NCBI GenBank assembly: GCA_037446635.1
Contig: JBBIIG010000003.1
Coordinates: forward strand, 23,302 to 87,301
From: a bacterium
Lineage (GTDB): Bacteria; Zhuqueibacterota; Zhuqueibacteria; Oceanimicrobiales; Oceanimicrobiaceae
Direction: 5' to 3'
DNA: 64,000 bases
A program made the translations under genes and the position numbers. Shown one piece after another: positions 9,988 to 20,128 of this stretch. How positions within the stretch are numbered: position 1 is the first letter of the stretch; each line of letters opens with the position of its first letter. Below the pieces are notes generated by a model. It worked only from the letters and a program-made list of their open reading frames with translations, did not search any database and was not told the DNA's origin.

Positions 9988-10359
9988 ACACTTTCCTCCT
10001 CTATTGGCTATTTTGAAAATAGCAAACTTTGAAAAATAGTCAATAGAGGCGGCTCGAAATTTATCAGGAGTAGCCCAGCAGGACATCGATCTCTTACCCG
10101 ATAAATTCAAAAAACTCTCAAAGAACAAAAATAAACTTGATTGTGATGACCAATTCACTATATTTAACTCGTCCGCTGAAACGGGCGCTGCTGATGAGTA
10201 ACCTGCTAAGGATAGCCGGACCGAAGGAAGTGGCCGGGAGGAACTCCCATGATTCCCCCGGGCTTTTTATGCCATTTTCTTTCTTTATGACTGAACTTCT
10301 TCTCATGTGGTCATTTGATACTATCGTGAAATTACTGGTTAAACTTTTGAGATGTTATT

Positions 10360-11025
10360 TTGACTGAACATCAAGCAACCTACTTACAGCATCACTTCGA
10401 AGACGCCGACCAGCAGTTCGAAGCCTCAACATTGGGGATGTGGGCGTTTTTGGTCACTGAGATTCTGTTTTTTGGCGGACTGTTTTTAGGCTATTCGATC
10501 TATCGTTCTTTGTATCCGGAGGCCTTTGCTGCGGCCAGCCGGCTGCTGGATTATCGCCTCGGTGCCGTCAACACCGCGGTGCTCATCTGCAGCAGCCTGA
10601 CGATGGTGCTGGCAGTGCGCGCCGCTCAAATGGGAAATCGCCGTCCGCTCATCACCTTTTTGATTTTGACGATCCTGTTAGGCTCGACGTTTTTGGGGAT
10701 CAAAGTTGTGGAGTATTCGCACAAGTTTCACGAGCATTTGGTGCCGGGGCCGTCCTTTCATCTCCTGCCTGCGCAGGCAGGTGAGGGGAACGATCCGCAG
10801 CACGCGCAGCTTTTCTTTGCCTTCTATTTTGCGATGACCGGCATGCACGCGTTTCACATGATCATCGGCCTCGCGATTTTGGGAGTGCTGGTTTACAAAT
10901 CCTGGCAGGGACGCTTCACGTCTGAATACTACACACCAGTGGACATCACCGGCTTGTACTGGCACTTTGTGGATGTGGTCTGGATTTATCTTTTCCCATT
11001 ACTTTATCTAATCAGTCGGAGCTGA
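10360..11025 (+). CDS. ctaE: Cytochrome c oxidase subunit III
   Basis: LGMWAFLVTEILFFGGLF, NT.VL..SS, TGMHAFH, GLYWHFVDVVWIYLFPLLYL; TTG start. Confidence 0.92.
   Translation: MTEHQATYLQHHFEDADQQFEASTLGMWAFLVTEILFFGGLFLGYSIYRSLYPEAFAAASRLLDYRLGAVNTAVLICSSLTMVLAVRAAQMGNRRPLITFLILTILLGSTFLGIKVVEYSHKFHEHLVPGPSFHLLPAQAGEGNDPQHAQLFFAFYFAMTGMHAFHMIIGLAILGVLVYKSWQGRFTSEYYTPVDITGLYWHFVDVVWIYLFPLLYLISRS
10764..10781. mobile_element. 18-bp perfect palindromic mini-element (family B), in frame within ctaE
   Basis: cctgcctgc-gcaggcagg. Removing it turns FHLLPAQAGEGNDP into FHLEGNDP. An identical sequence is nested in tamB. Confidence 0.85.
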
Positions 11026-11032
11026 ACAAACG

Positions 11033-11326
11033 ATGGCGCAACACGTCATTCCGCAGAAAATTTACATCCTGGTTTTTGTCACGCTGCTTTTGCTGACGCT
11101 GGTCACCGTCGATGTGGCGTTTTATGACGCCGGCTGGCTGAGCCTGTACATCGCGCTTGCCATCGCCACCACGAAAGCAACGCTGGTGATCCTTTATTTC
11201 ATGCACCTGCGCTACAGTAGCCGCCTCACGTGGGCCTTTGTGGCGACGGGCATCCTCTTTTTGGTGATCCTGCTGGCGTTCACCATGAGCGATATTTTCA
11301 CCCGTGAATGGCTTCCCGGATGGTAA
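11033..11326 (+). CDS. ctaF: Cytochrome c oxidase subunit IV (caa3-type)
   Basis: Three TM helices, IA..KA.LVILYFMHLRY. Confidence 0.9.
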   Translation: MAQHVIPQKIYILVFVTLLLLTLVTVDVAFYDAGWLSLYIALAIATTKATLVILYFMHLRYSSRLTWAFVATGILFLVILLAFTMSDIFTREWLPGW

Positions 11327-11479
11327 GAGCCTCTTTGAATTCCGCAAACGATTTTAGCGGCGTACTCGAATGTGAAAATTTCTTCTTCCTTGGAAAACCT
11401 GCAGGGCCCATTTCCGAAAGTTCGCATTTGCCTCCAAGGTTGGTGGCAAATGCGGCAGGGGTGGTCTGAGGAGAAAACG

Positions 11480-11943
11480 GCGCCGAAAAGTCGATTGAAG
11501 GCGACTTTGTAATACTCATCTTTTAACATCACTCTTTTGCATCTCTGTGCGTGGGAAAGATTTGTATCAGCCGTTTTTAGACTTGTTCTTGCTCGTTCAA
11601 ACGTTGGCGCTGCCATAAAGCCCTTCGCTTCTTTCATGGTTTGCCCGTTTCCCAATAACACTTTTCCTAACAAGAATACACTGGCGGCGATATCTTTTCC
11701 CATCACCTGCCCGGGCGTCCGCACAATGACATCCACGCCAATTTCCAGTTCGAGAAAAGCGTCGAGGTAAAGATCCTCGTCTTTTTTATTGCGCGTGGTG
11801 ATCAAAAGATTGACATCGCGCGCCAAATCCGGCGCATAAACTGAGGAGCCAAACTGGATGATATCGACGACATCCGCATCCGCCGCTTTTAGCGATTGGC
11901 AGATTTTGCGAAGCTGATTTTGTCTTTTGTCAACCGGCGACAT
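11480..11943 (-). pseudogene. Minimal nucleotidyltransferase fused to a truncated HEPN-like helix (TA remnant)
   Basis: IIQFGSS.Y....RDVNLL (DxD degenerated to DVN), then FERARTSLKTAD..L..A...YYKVAFNRLF. The ORF then runs into unrelated sequence antisense to ctaF. Confidence 0.6.
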
Positions 11944-12115
11944 TCGAAGCTCCCAACCCTCTTTCGGGGTTGCTTTAAATTATGAAAGGTTCCCCAAAAT
12001 ACCAATTTACTGCCATGCCCGAACGACTTTATCGGGCATCCCGTGCCGCCCTCGACAAGAATTTGCCTGCTGACGCCGGCGGGCAATTCTTCTCGGGGCA
12101 GCTATTTACGCCAAT

Positions 12116-12325
12116 TTACGAAACCGGGCTCGCCGCGCGATTTTTGTAAATCGTTTTTTTGAGAATCTGCTCCATCAAACACCACTTGGTGAACGCCGAC
12201 TGAAAAAGATTCGCGCCCACAAACGCGGTGAACCAAAGCCAGTTCGTATTCACAAAGACTGCCAGCAGTAGGCTGCCTAAAATGAAGGTGCCGGCAATGG
12301 CGCGGATAGTGTGTTCTAGGCTCAT
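12116..12325 (-). CDS. DUF2892 / YgaP-like membrane protein
   Basis: IRAIAG.F.L.S..L....W....FVGANL.QS.FT.WCLM..IL. Confidence 0.9.
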   Translation of the reverse strand: MSLEHTIRAIAGTFILGSLLLAVFVNTNWLWFTAFVGANLFQSAFTKWCLMEQILKKTIYKNRAASPVS

Positions 12326-12397
12326 TTTGACCTCCTCGATTTTTGTGATAGTTAGCAGAATTTTCTGTAAATGTCAAGCAGTTCCACAAAGTGTTAC

Positions 12398-12512
12398 TGG
12401 AGTGTTGGAGTACTGGAGCGATGGATCATTGGATCCAATGGATTAATGTTGGAGACCAATAATCTAATAGTCCATCAATCCAATACAGCTCTCCAAAACT
12501 CCATTACTCCAC
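12398..12512. repeat. Inverted octamer arrays (tggagtgt/tggattaa ... tccattac)
   Basis: 8-bp periodicity. Similar tracts at 33380-33445, 39302-39400, 47745-47810 and 53262-53320. Confidence 0.75.
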
Positions 12513-12523
12513 CACCGCGCGGG

Positions 12524-12829
12524 TCAGATCATTTTTTCCACATCGATCTGAAACGCCCGCGGCGGATGATTGGGATCACATTCGTCTTTCAAGCAGGTGA
12601 TGTCGCTCATGATTTCGTCCGCCTTTTCTTTCGCGATTACCGCAAAAAAAAGGGTCGAATACATGGGCACATTGCCTTTTTCAAAAACCCACCAGCCGTA
12701 CTTTTGAATGGTGTCCGACGAATGACCGGTAATTTCGATTTCACTATAAATTTGCACTTTGTGTTTTTCGAACAATTTGCGCACCTGCTCGCGATATAAG
12801 GATAATGACATCAGGACAATCAGTTTCAT
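12524..12829 (-). CDS. Small P-II-like (ferredoxin-fold) protein
   Basis: 101 aa, MKLIVL...V..LF....V..YS...I.G...PPRAF...VE pattern, in the RND operon. Confidence 0.55.
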   Translation of the reverse strand: MKLIVLMSLSLYREQVRKLFEKHKVQIYSEIEITGHSSDTIQKYGWWVFEKGNVPMYSTLFFAVIAKEKADEIMSDITCLKDECDPNHPPRAFQIDVEKMI

Positions 12830-12838
12830 GGAGCCTCC

Positions 12839-13129
12839 TCAATAAATTTGCTCAACTGGCGTAACCACTATGCGCAAACACGGTTTCACCCGGCATTGGT
12901 TGGCATACTCGGTCAGCTCGTTAGTGATGCCGCGCAGTTGCTCATCGTTTGGAAAGATGATAAACGCACTGGCCTGCCACGCCAGGTCTTTCTCGTAGCT
13001 GCCCTTGGGCTTGGGTTTGTTGCCGTAAATTTCCGGCATGTGGATAAAACCTTCCAGTTCGTAATGATGCAACACCCGGCTCACGGTCTCATTGAGCTCC
13101 GTGCTGCAATAGATCGTCAACTGTTTCAT
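12839..13129 (-). CDS. Second small P-II-like protein
   Basis: 96 aa from ATG 13129 behind AAGGA; beta-alpha-beta pattern ending RIVVTPVEQIY. Confidence 0.5.
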   Translation of the reverse strand: MKQLTIYCSTELNETVSRVLHHYELEGFIHMPEIYGNKPKPKGSYEKDLAWQASAFIIFPNDEQLRGITNELTEYANQCRVKPCLRIVVTPVEQIY

Positions 13130-13194
13130 AGTTCGTTCCTTTAGTTTTTCCGTCTCAGTTATGTGAGAGGCACTCAGTGGAGTATTGGACGCGG

Positions 13195-16100
13195 TTAGCT
13201 CTGCGGCATCGTCTCCGGATGCTTCCTCTTCTCCACCATGTAATAAATCAGCGGCACCAATCCCAGTGTCAGCGCGGTGGAGGCGAAGGCGCCCCACATC
13301 AGCGCGATGGCCAATCCCTGAAAGATGGGATCGAACAACATTACGATGGCGCCGATGACCACAGTGCCGGCAGTCAGCAAAATCGGCCGCGTGCGCACGG
13401 CGCCGGATTCAATCACGGCCTGCTTCAGCGATACGCCTTCCGCAAGCCGCAATTGGATGAAATCAATCAGCAGCACCGAGTTGCGCACCATGATGCCGGC
13501 GAGCGCGATCATGCCGATCATCGAGGTGGCGGTGAAGAACGCGCCGTGAATCCAGTGGCCGGGAATAATGCCCACGAGACTGAGAGGAATCGCCACCATC
13601 ATCACCAGTGGCACTTTGAACGACTGAAACCAGCCGATGATGAGCAGATAAATGATGATCAGCACCACGCCAAACGCGGCGCCCAAATCGCGGAACACTT
13701 CATAAGTGATCTGCCACTCGCCGTCCCATTTCATGCTGATATCTTCTTCCAAAAAGGGCGCGCTGGTGTAACGCGGCTCGATGCTCACTCTGCCGGGCGT
13801 TTCGAGCTTGGCTATCTTCTTATCCATGTCGAGCAGCGCGTACACCGGACTCTCGATTGCGCCGGCCACGTCACCGGTGACATAAACCACGCGCTTGAGA
13901 TTTTTGCGATAGATGCTTTTGTCCTCGAAACGTTTGCCGATGGTTACCAAATCTTTGATCGGAATCATTTGTCCGTTATGCGAGCGCACCGAAACGTTGG
14001 CAAGATTTTCGATGGAAGAACGATTTTCCCGCGCCAGCCGCAACTCGATTCCCACCGGCTCGATCTCGTGCTCGTCGTGCAGCAGCCCGACTTCCGAGCC
14101 ATTGAGCGCGACCCGCAGTGTGTGCGCCACCTGCTGCGTGTTGACGCCCGTCAGCGCCGCTTTTTCTTTATCCACCACCAGCGCGTACACCTCCTGATCG
14201 TCCTCCACCAACCAATCGACATCCACCACGCCGGGCGTTTGTTCGAAGATGCCGCGGATTTTGCGCGCGGTCTCAATTTGTTGCTCGTAATTCGGACCGT
14301 AAACTTCCGCAACGAGCGTCGAAAGCACCGGCGGTCCGGGCGGCACTTCGGCGATTTTCACCCGCGCGTTGTGCCGCAGCGCAATTTCTTGAATCGATGG
14401 CCGCAGCCGTTTTGCGAGATCGTGGCTCTGATCGTCGCGCTCCGATTTGTCCACGAGGTTCACTTGGATGTCGCCCATGTTCGCGCCCTGCCGCAGGTAA
14501 TAGTGCCGCACGAGTCCGTTGAAATTGATGGGCGCGTTGGCGCCGACGTAGTACTGGTAGTTCTTCACTTCTGGCACAGTTTTGAGATACGCCACGATGT
14601 CTTTCGTGACCGCAGTGGTGTGCTCCAGCGTCGTCCCCTCCGGCATATCGATGATTACTTGCAATTCGCTTTTGTTGTCGAACGGCAGCATTTTCACTTC
14701 CACCAGCCGTAAGAACAGAAAGCTCACCGAGATGATCAGCAGCAGCGCGCCGCCGCCAATCGCCAACCAGCTTTTCTTGGCGTTGTTGATGATGGGCGTC
14801 AGTGTCTTATCATATATACGATAAACCAGCGTGCCTTCGAGGTTATATGCTTCGCTGTCGTCGTGGCCGCCTTTCAGCAGGCGATACGCCAGCCACGGCG
14901 TGGCAATCAGCGCCACCAGCAGCGAGAACAACATCGCCAGCGACGCGCCGATGGGCATCGGACTCATGTACGGCCCCATCAGTCCGGAGACGAACGCCAT
15001 CGGCAGCACCGATGCAATCACGGTGAAGGTGGCGAGAATCGTCGGATTGCCCACCTCGTTGATGGCGCCGATGGCAGCTTGCAGCGGCGGCAGCCGTCGC
15101 ATCGAAAAATGGCGATGCACATTTTCCGCGATGATGATCGAATCGTCCACCACAATACCGGTGACGAAAATCAGCGCGAACAGCGTCACGCGGTTGAGAG
15201 TGTAGCCGAAAAGATAATAGACGAACAGCGTCAGCGCAAACGTGATGGGGACGGAGAGGAAAACCACCAGCCCGCCGCGCCAACCGAGAAATAGTCCGAC
15301 CGTGATGGTCACCGCGATGATGGCGCCACTGAGGTGCTCCAGCAGCGTGTTCACTTTCTCCGACGCGGTTTTGCCGTAATTGCGAGTCTCGGTGATTTGA
15401 ATGTCCGCGGGAATGAGCCGGCCTTTTAGCGCCTCCACTTTTTCGAGCACTTTATCAGCGACGCGCATGGCATCGGCGCCTTTGCGTTTTGCCACCGCCA
15501 GCGTTACTGCCGGATAGTCCTGTGTGAGATGCCCGTTGGTCGCGCCGTTCGTGCTTTCAAATGCCGCTGGTCCGTGTCCGAAGAAAACGTAGCTGTTCAC
15601 TTCTTCCGGACCATCGACAATTTCAGCGACATTTTTCAAATAGATTGGATTGCCATTGGCGACGCCCACCACCAAATTTTTCACATCCTCGACGTTGGTG
15701 AGAAACGCGCCGGTCTCAACGACATAGTCTTTGTTCAGACGCTGAAAATTCCCGACCGTGAGATTTTGATTCGCGCCCTGAATTTGTTGGGCGATTTGCA
15801 GCGGGTCGATGTGATAGGCCCGCAGCCGAGACTGATCGAGAATTACTCGCAATTTGCGTTTGAGTCCGCCGGTCAACCCCACTTCGGCGACGTCATTGAT
15901 CTTTTTGACTTCCTCGCTCAATTCCGCTGCCACGCGCCGCAATTGATAGCCGTCATACGATTCGCTCCACAGCGTGAGGGTCAGCACCGGCACATCATCG
16001 ATCGATTTGGTTTTGATGAGCGGAAAGAGATTGCCCGCCGGCATTTTGTCCATGTTTTTCATCAGCACCGCCCACAACTTCACAAGGCTGTCTTCGGTGT

Positions 16101-16413
16101 TTTCGCCAACGAAGTAGCGCACGGTGATGAGCGCGAAATCCGGGCGCGCCATCGAGTAGATGTATTCCACGCCCTGAATTTCGTTGATGATTTTTTCGAG
16201 CGGCTTGACGATGCGCTCTTCCACTTCTTTGGCGGTGCTGCCGGGATACGGCACGAAAATGTCCACCAGCGGCACAACAATCTGCGGCTCCTCTTCGCGC
16301 GGCGTCATCATCGTGGAGAAGACGCCGATGAGCACCGCCGCCAGCATCACCAGCGGCGTGAGCTTGGAATCGATAAATGCTTGGGCCAGGCGGCCCGCCA
16401 TTCCGATCTTCAT
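13195..16413 (-). CDS. RND efflux permease (AcrB/AcrD/AcrF family)
   Basis: PREEEPQI, GIVVDDSIII.EN, GIMVRNSVLLIDF, R.RPILLT; 1072 aa. Confidence 0.97.
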   Translation of the reverse strand: MKIGMAGRLAQAFIDSKLTPLVMLAAVLIGVFSTMMTPREEEPQIVVPLVDIFVPYPGSTAKEVEERIVKPLEKIINEIQGVEYIYSMARPDFALITVRYFVGENTEDSLVKLWAVLMKNMDKMPAGNLFPLIKTKSIDDVPVLTLTLWSESYDGYQLRRVAAELSEEVKKINDVAEVGLTGGLKRKLRVILDQSRLRAYHIDPLQIAQQIQGANQNLTVGNFQRLNKDYVVETGAFLTNVEDVKNLVVGVANGNPIYLKNVAEIVDGPEEVNSYVFFGHGPAAFESTNGATNGHLTQDYPAVTLAVAKRKGADAMRVADKVLEKVEALKGRLIPADIQITETRNYGKTASEKVNTLLEHLSGAIIAVTITVGLFLGWRGGLVVFLSVPITFALTLFVYYLFGYTLNRVTLFALIFVTGIVVDDSIIIAENVHRHFSMRRLPPLQAAIGAINEVGNPTILATFTVIASVLPMAFVSGLMGPYMSPMPIGASLAMLFSLLVALIATPWLAYRLLKGGHDDSEAYNLEGTLVYRIYDKTLTPIINNAKKSWLAIGGGALLLIISVSFLFLRLVEVKMLPFDNKSELQVIIDMPEGTTLEHTTAVTKDIVAYLKTVPEVKNYQYYVGANAPINFNGLVRHYYLRQGANMGDIQVNLVDKSERDDQSHDLAKRLRPSIQEIALRHNARVKIAEVPPGPPVLSTLVAEVYGPNYEQQIETARKIRGIFEQTPGVVDVDWLVEDDQEVYALVVDKEKAALTGVNTQQVAHTLRVALNGSEVGLLHDEHEIEPVGIELRLARENRSSIENLANVSVRSHNGQMIPIKDLVTIGKRFEDKSIYRKNLKRVVYVTGDVAGAIESPVYALLDMDKKIAKLETPGRVSIEPRYTSAPFLEEDISMKWDGEWQITYEVFRDLGAAFGVVLIIIYLLIIGWFQSFKVPLVMMVAIPLSLVGIIPGHWIHGAFFTATSMIGMIALAGIMVRNSVLLIDFIQLRLAEGVSLKQAVIESGAVRTRPILLTAGTVVIGAIVMLFDPIFQGLAIALMWGAFASTALTLGLVPLIYYMVEKRKHPETMPQS

Positions 16414-17525
16414 TGTGTTACCTCCGCGCTCGAGGTGGTGGGAGATGGCGATACCTTTTGCCCATCAAGTAAAGTCTCGATGCCTTCGGTCACCACTTGC
16501 TCGCCAGCATTCAACCCAGAGAGAATTTCGACCGAGCCGTTTTCGCGAACGCCGGTGCGCACCCAGCGCAGCCGCGCGCGATTTTCTGAATCCACCACGA
16601 ATAGCCCCTGCAATTGTCCGCGCCGAAAAACCGCCGCTTCAGGAACCAACAGCGTTTGCGACTCCGCACCGCCGATCGCAACCCGCGCAAACATGCCGGA
16701 TTTAATTTGATGCTCTCGGTTATCAACGATGACGTGAATCTCGAACTGCCGGCTCATCGGATCTGCCGCCGGAACCATGCGTTCGATTTTGCCCGTGACC
16801 GCTTTGCCGTCGGTGCCAACCTCCGCGGCTTTAACATTCACGGCCACGGACATTCCCACGGCCAGCGCGTCGATTTCACTTTCCGGCACTTTGGCGACGA
16901 TTTTGATTTTGTCCATGTTTTCCACTTCGAGGATGGGCATGCCGGGATTCGCGAGGTCGCCGACTTCCAGCATTTTGCGCGCGATCACTCCGTTGAATGG
17001 CGCACGCAGCTCGGTGTAACTCAACATTTCCTCAACTTCTGCTTTCATTTCTTCCGCTGCCTGTTTGCGCGACTGCGCGCTGGCAAAGGCGGTGCGTATG
17101 TCATCAAGCTCTTTTTGGGTGGCAGCTTTTTTCGCAAACAGCGATTCCACGCGCTGCAAATTTTTTTGCATGTTGTCGAAATGCGCCGTGGCCTCGATGA
17201 TGCTGGCCTCCACCTGCGCGCGCTTGGCCTCGATGTCCTTGCTGCGCAGTTTCACCAGCATCGCGCCTTTTTGCACGCGGCTGCCTTCCGCAAACGGAAT
17301 GGCATCAACCCAGCCCATGATGCGCGTCGCCAGCCGCGCCCGCTCGATGGGTTCGACGGTGCCGGCGAAGGTCAATTGATTTTCGAGTTGCTGCACGGTG
17401 GCCGTCACCGTTGTGACCGCTACCGGCGCGACGGCCTCGGACTGCGGCGCATCATTGCCGCTGCAGCCGAGCGCGGTAATGCCAACCACCGCCATCGCAA
17501 ACCTTTTGAATTTTAATTGAATCAT
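16410..17525 (-). CDS. RND periplasmic adaptor (MFP) lipoprotein
   Basis: ALGC lipobox, EGS.V.KG..L lipoyl half-motifs, LRAPFNG.I, KSGMFARV; ATG 17525 behind AAGGAG. Confidence 0.95.
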   Translation of the reverse strand: MIQLKFKRFAMAVVGITALGCSGNDAPQSEAVAPVAVTTVTATVQQLENQLTFAGTVEPIERARLATRIMGWVDAIPFAEGSRVQKGAMLVKLRSKDIEAKRAQVEASIIEATAHFDNMQKNLQRVESLFAKKAATQKELDDIRTAFASAQSRKQAAEEMKAEVEEMLSYTELRAPFNGVIARKMLEVGDLANPGMPILEVENMDKIKIVAKVPESEIDALAVGMSVAVNVKAAEVGTDGKAVTGKIERMVPAADPMSRQFEIHVIVDNREHQIKSGMFARVAIGGAESQTLLVPEAAVFRRGQLQGLFVVDSENRARLRWVRTGVRENGSVEILSGLNAGEQVVTEGIETLLDGQKVSPSPTTSSAEVTQ

Positions 17526-17782
17526 CTCTCTATCTCCTTTTGCCTGATTTTTTTGGCTTCTTGTCATTTCGCCCCCCAACGCTCTTAAAATGCCCTGTCA
17601 TTTCGAAGCCCGATGCTTTTTATCGGGCTGAGAAATCTGGCGGCGCACGGATCGTTTTTAAACCCGTCTATTTCGAGCGTAGTCGTTGATATTTTTCTCC
17701 GTCAGGTTTCTCGACTCCGCTGCGCTCCGTTCGAAACGACAACACTCTTTTTTTATCTGCTTTTATCTGCGCCATCCGCGCC

Positions 17783-19108
17783 CTACTCTCCCAACGCGAA
17801 TTGCAGCTCGCTTGCGGCGATGGCGAAATCGTGGCGCGCCTTCAAATAGCGCAACCGCGCATTGGTGAGCATCACTTCTTTGTCCAGCAAATCTGACGTT
17901 TTCTCCAGCCCTTCGCGGAAGCGTTCTTCCACGATGCGCAGACTTTCGCTCGCCTGTTTCACCGCGGATTCCGCCACGCTCACTCGCTGCTTTGCCGCTT
18001 GCAGCGCGCGCCGCGCTTGCCGTGCTTCCAGTTTAGCCTGTTCTTCCATTTGACGGTATTGCACCGACGCCTCTTCCGCCTGGGCGCCCGCGTGTTTCGA
18101 ACGCCCAAAATTTCCCAAACCATCTAAGATTTGCCATTGCATTTGAAATCCAATTGCCCAACTCGTCGCATCTTTTCGAAAAACTTCGGAGGCATTCCAC
18201 TCGACGCCGCCAAAGGCGTTGAGCCGAGGCAACCAGCCGCTGCGTTTCATCCACCAGTTGCGGCGGGCGGCTTGCGTTTGATAGTGCACCGCGCGCACAT
18301 CCGAGCGCGTCGCAATTCGTTCCTCTATATTTTCTGTCGATGGAATACCATCCGGCGCGGCGATGCTGTCGGTGGGGATGATCATCAGGTCTTCTTCAAA
18401 TCCCATCACGAATTTTAAACCATCGCTGGCATTGGCGATTTGATGCTCGGCGGTGATGCGCTGCTCCTGCAATTCCGCCAGCCGCACTTCCGCGCCGAGG
18501 TAATCAGCCTCGTTGATGATGCCTTCATCGAATGCGGCTTTGGCGTCGTCGCGGTGGCGCTGCGCCGAGGCCACGGCTTCGGAAATGGCTTTGAGATTTT
18601 CGTTGGCGAGAATCAAGCCGTAATAAGCTTTTTTCACGTGCAGCGCGATGGCCTCCTGCGAGCGCGCCAGCATCTGCTCGCGCGCTTTCACGCCGAGACT
18701 CGCCGCGGATTTGCCGAAGATGGCGTCGAAATTCAAAATCGGCTGCTGCACCTGAAACGAGGTGGTGAAGTTGTCCAAGGCATCGGGATTGTTCAGCGTC
18801 GAAAGGTTGAAATCGTTTTGGTTGAAGATGCCCTGCTTGAGTTTCAAGCTGAACACAGTGACGGGGTCGTTGGATTTGATGTAATTTTCTGAGATCGAAA
18901 ACTGCGGCAAAAATCCGCTCCAGCTTTCGAGGTTCTGACCCTTGGCCTGCGCCACCTGACTTTCCGCAATCAAAATCTGGTAATTCTGTTGGCGGGCGAT
19001 GTCCAGTGCCTCCGCCAGCGAGAGCGGACGGACGTTGCCGTTTTGGGCGTGACTCGGACTCAAAGAGAAAATAAGATAAGCGAGACCGAGGAGTCGTAGT
19101 CCTTTCAT
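17783..19108 (-). CDS. TolC-family outer membrane efflux protein
   Basis: LSL.EAL..A...N, VKKAYY, RF.EGL....DLL; ATG 19108 behind GAGGAG. Confidence 0.95.
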   Translation of the reverse strand: MKGLRLLGLAYLIFSLSPSHAQNGNVRPLSLAEALDIARQQNYQILIAESQVAQAKGQNLESWSGFLPQFSISENYIKSNDPVTVFSLKLKQGIFNQNDFNLSTLNNPDALDNFTTSFQVQQPILNFDAIFGKSAASLGVKAREQMLARSQEAIALHVKKAYYGLILANENLKAISEAVASAQRHRDDAKAAFDEGIINEADYLGAEVRLAELQEQRITAEHQIANASDGLKFVMGFEEDLMIIPTDSIAAPDGIPSTENIEERIATRSDVRAVHYQTQAARRNWWMKRSGWLPRLNAFGGVEWNASEVFRKDATSWAIGFQMQWQILDGLGNFGRSKHAGAQAEEASVQYRQMEEQAKLEARQARRALQAAKQRVSVAESAVKQASESLRIVEERFREGLEKTSDLLDKEVMLTNARLRYLKARHDFAIAASELQFALGE

Positions 19109-19404
19109 GAAGCCTCTCCTCAAATTGTTCGGGGGTGAGATGACCTGAGTTTTAAAAAGATTCGTCAGTAAATCAAGCATTATTTCAGAAATTTCAGAGT
19201 TAAGAATTATTTTTGCGAACGCCTTTCGCATACAGTCAATTGGTTGCGGCAAGCGGTGAAAGGATACAAAAGGATTGCGATCAAATTCGAAATTTTTTAC
19301 TTTGCCGCGAAGGGAAACCTCTGACAGGGTTTTTGTGCTTGTCAGGTTGAGTTGGAGATCAAAACCCTGTCAGAGTTTTTGTGTCCGGAACAAGGCGTTC
19401 ACCG

Positions 19405-19482
19405 TTTTGACAATGACAATTGACAAAGGGCGATTGAAAATTGTGAATTGTGAATGACGAATGGTCAATTGTCAATTCAATC
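19405..19482. repeat. Heptamer arrays (ttgacaa/ttgtgaa), inverted
   Basis: ttgacaa-tgacaa-ttgacaa ... ttgtgaa-ttgtgaa-tgacgaa-tggtcaa-ttgtcaa; same type at 21795-21925. Confidence 0.75.
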
Positions 19483-19488
19483 TTTGCG

Positions 19489-20085
19489 ATGACAGAAATC
19501 CTTGAAAAAACCTCCGCCGATGGCGAAGCCGCGCTGGTGAAAGCCGCGCAATCCGGCGACGAGGCCGCCATCCGCAAACTGGTGGAAAAATACACCGACA
19601 CCGTCTACGGCTTCTCCTTCAAAGTGTGCCGCAACCCGGACGACGCCGAAGAAACACTGCAAGAGGCGTTTCTCAATATTTTGAAATCGCTGAAGTCGTT
19701 CAATTTCCAATCGAGTTTTTCCACGTGGGTGTATCGCATCGTCGCCAATTCCTGTTTGATGAAGTTTCGCAAAGAAAAACGCGACCGCTGGAAATCGTTC
19801 GAGGAGCTGGATAAACCGGAGGAGCGCATCAAAGACAGCTACGACCGCTGGCCCGACACACCCGCCGACGAAATGCTGAACGCCGAGCTGAAGCGAAAAA
19901 TGGATCAAGCGATTCTCGATCTGCCTCCGATCTATCGCCTCGCATTTGTGTTGAAGGATCTCGAAGGATTGAAAATCGAGGAAGTGGCAAAGGCGCTGGA
20001 GATTTCCGTGCCCAATGCCAAAGCGCGGGTGCGGCGCGCGCGGCTATTTCTGCGGGATAAGCTTGAATCTTATATGGAGAGTTGA
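19489..20085 (+). CDS. ECF RNA polymerase sigma factor
   Basis: DAEE..QE.FL, FSTWVYRI..N, LP..YR.AFVL.D.EGL...EVA..L.IS....K.R..RAR. Confidence 0.95.
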   Translation: MTEILEKTSADGEAALVKAAQSGDEAAIRKLVEKYTDTVYGFSFKVCRNPDDAEETLQEAFLNILKSLKSFNFQSSFSTWVYRIVANSCLMKFRKEKRDRWKSFEELDKPEERIKDSYDRWPDTPADEMLNAELKRKMDQAILDLPPIYRLAFVLKDLEGLKIEEVAKALEISVPNAKARVRRARLFLRDKLESYMES

Positions 20086-20128
20086 TGTTCGTAGTGCTGC
20101 CTTAAGGCATCATTACGAACTACCAATT

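Noticed and set aside
10170..10240. ctgatgag and ccgaaggaag motifs suggesting a hammerhead ribozyme or SRP RNA
   Set aside because: The required GAAA core with three stems, and the SRP helix 8 consensus, are not satisfied; kept only as an unassigned candidate.
11212..11943. 243-aa ORF as an intact gene
   Set aside because: Its C-terminal third is unrelated sequence overlapping ctaF antisense; treated as a truncated MNT-HEPN remnant.
12066..12083. cctgctgacgccggcggg as another family B/C mini-element
   Set aside because: It is an 18-bp imperfect hairpin at a G|C site but too divergent to assign without genome-wide copies.
13177..17516. Long antisense ORFs (511, 393 and 300 aa) opposite the RND and MFP genes, and similar shadows opposite mdh, DUF885, DUF2252 and the TPR genes
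   Set aside because: They fully overlap well-supported genes, have no recognisable motifs, and are expected from GC-rich codon bias.
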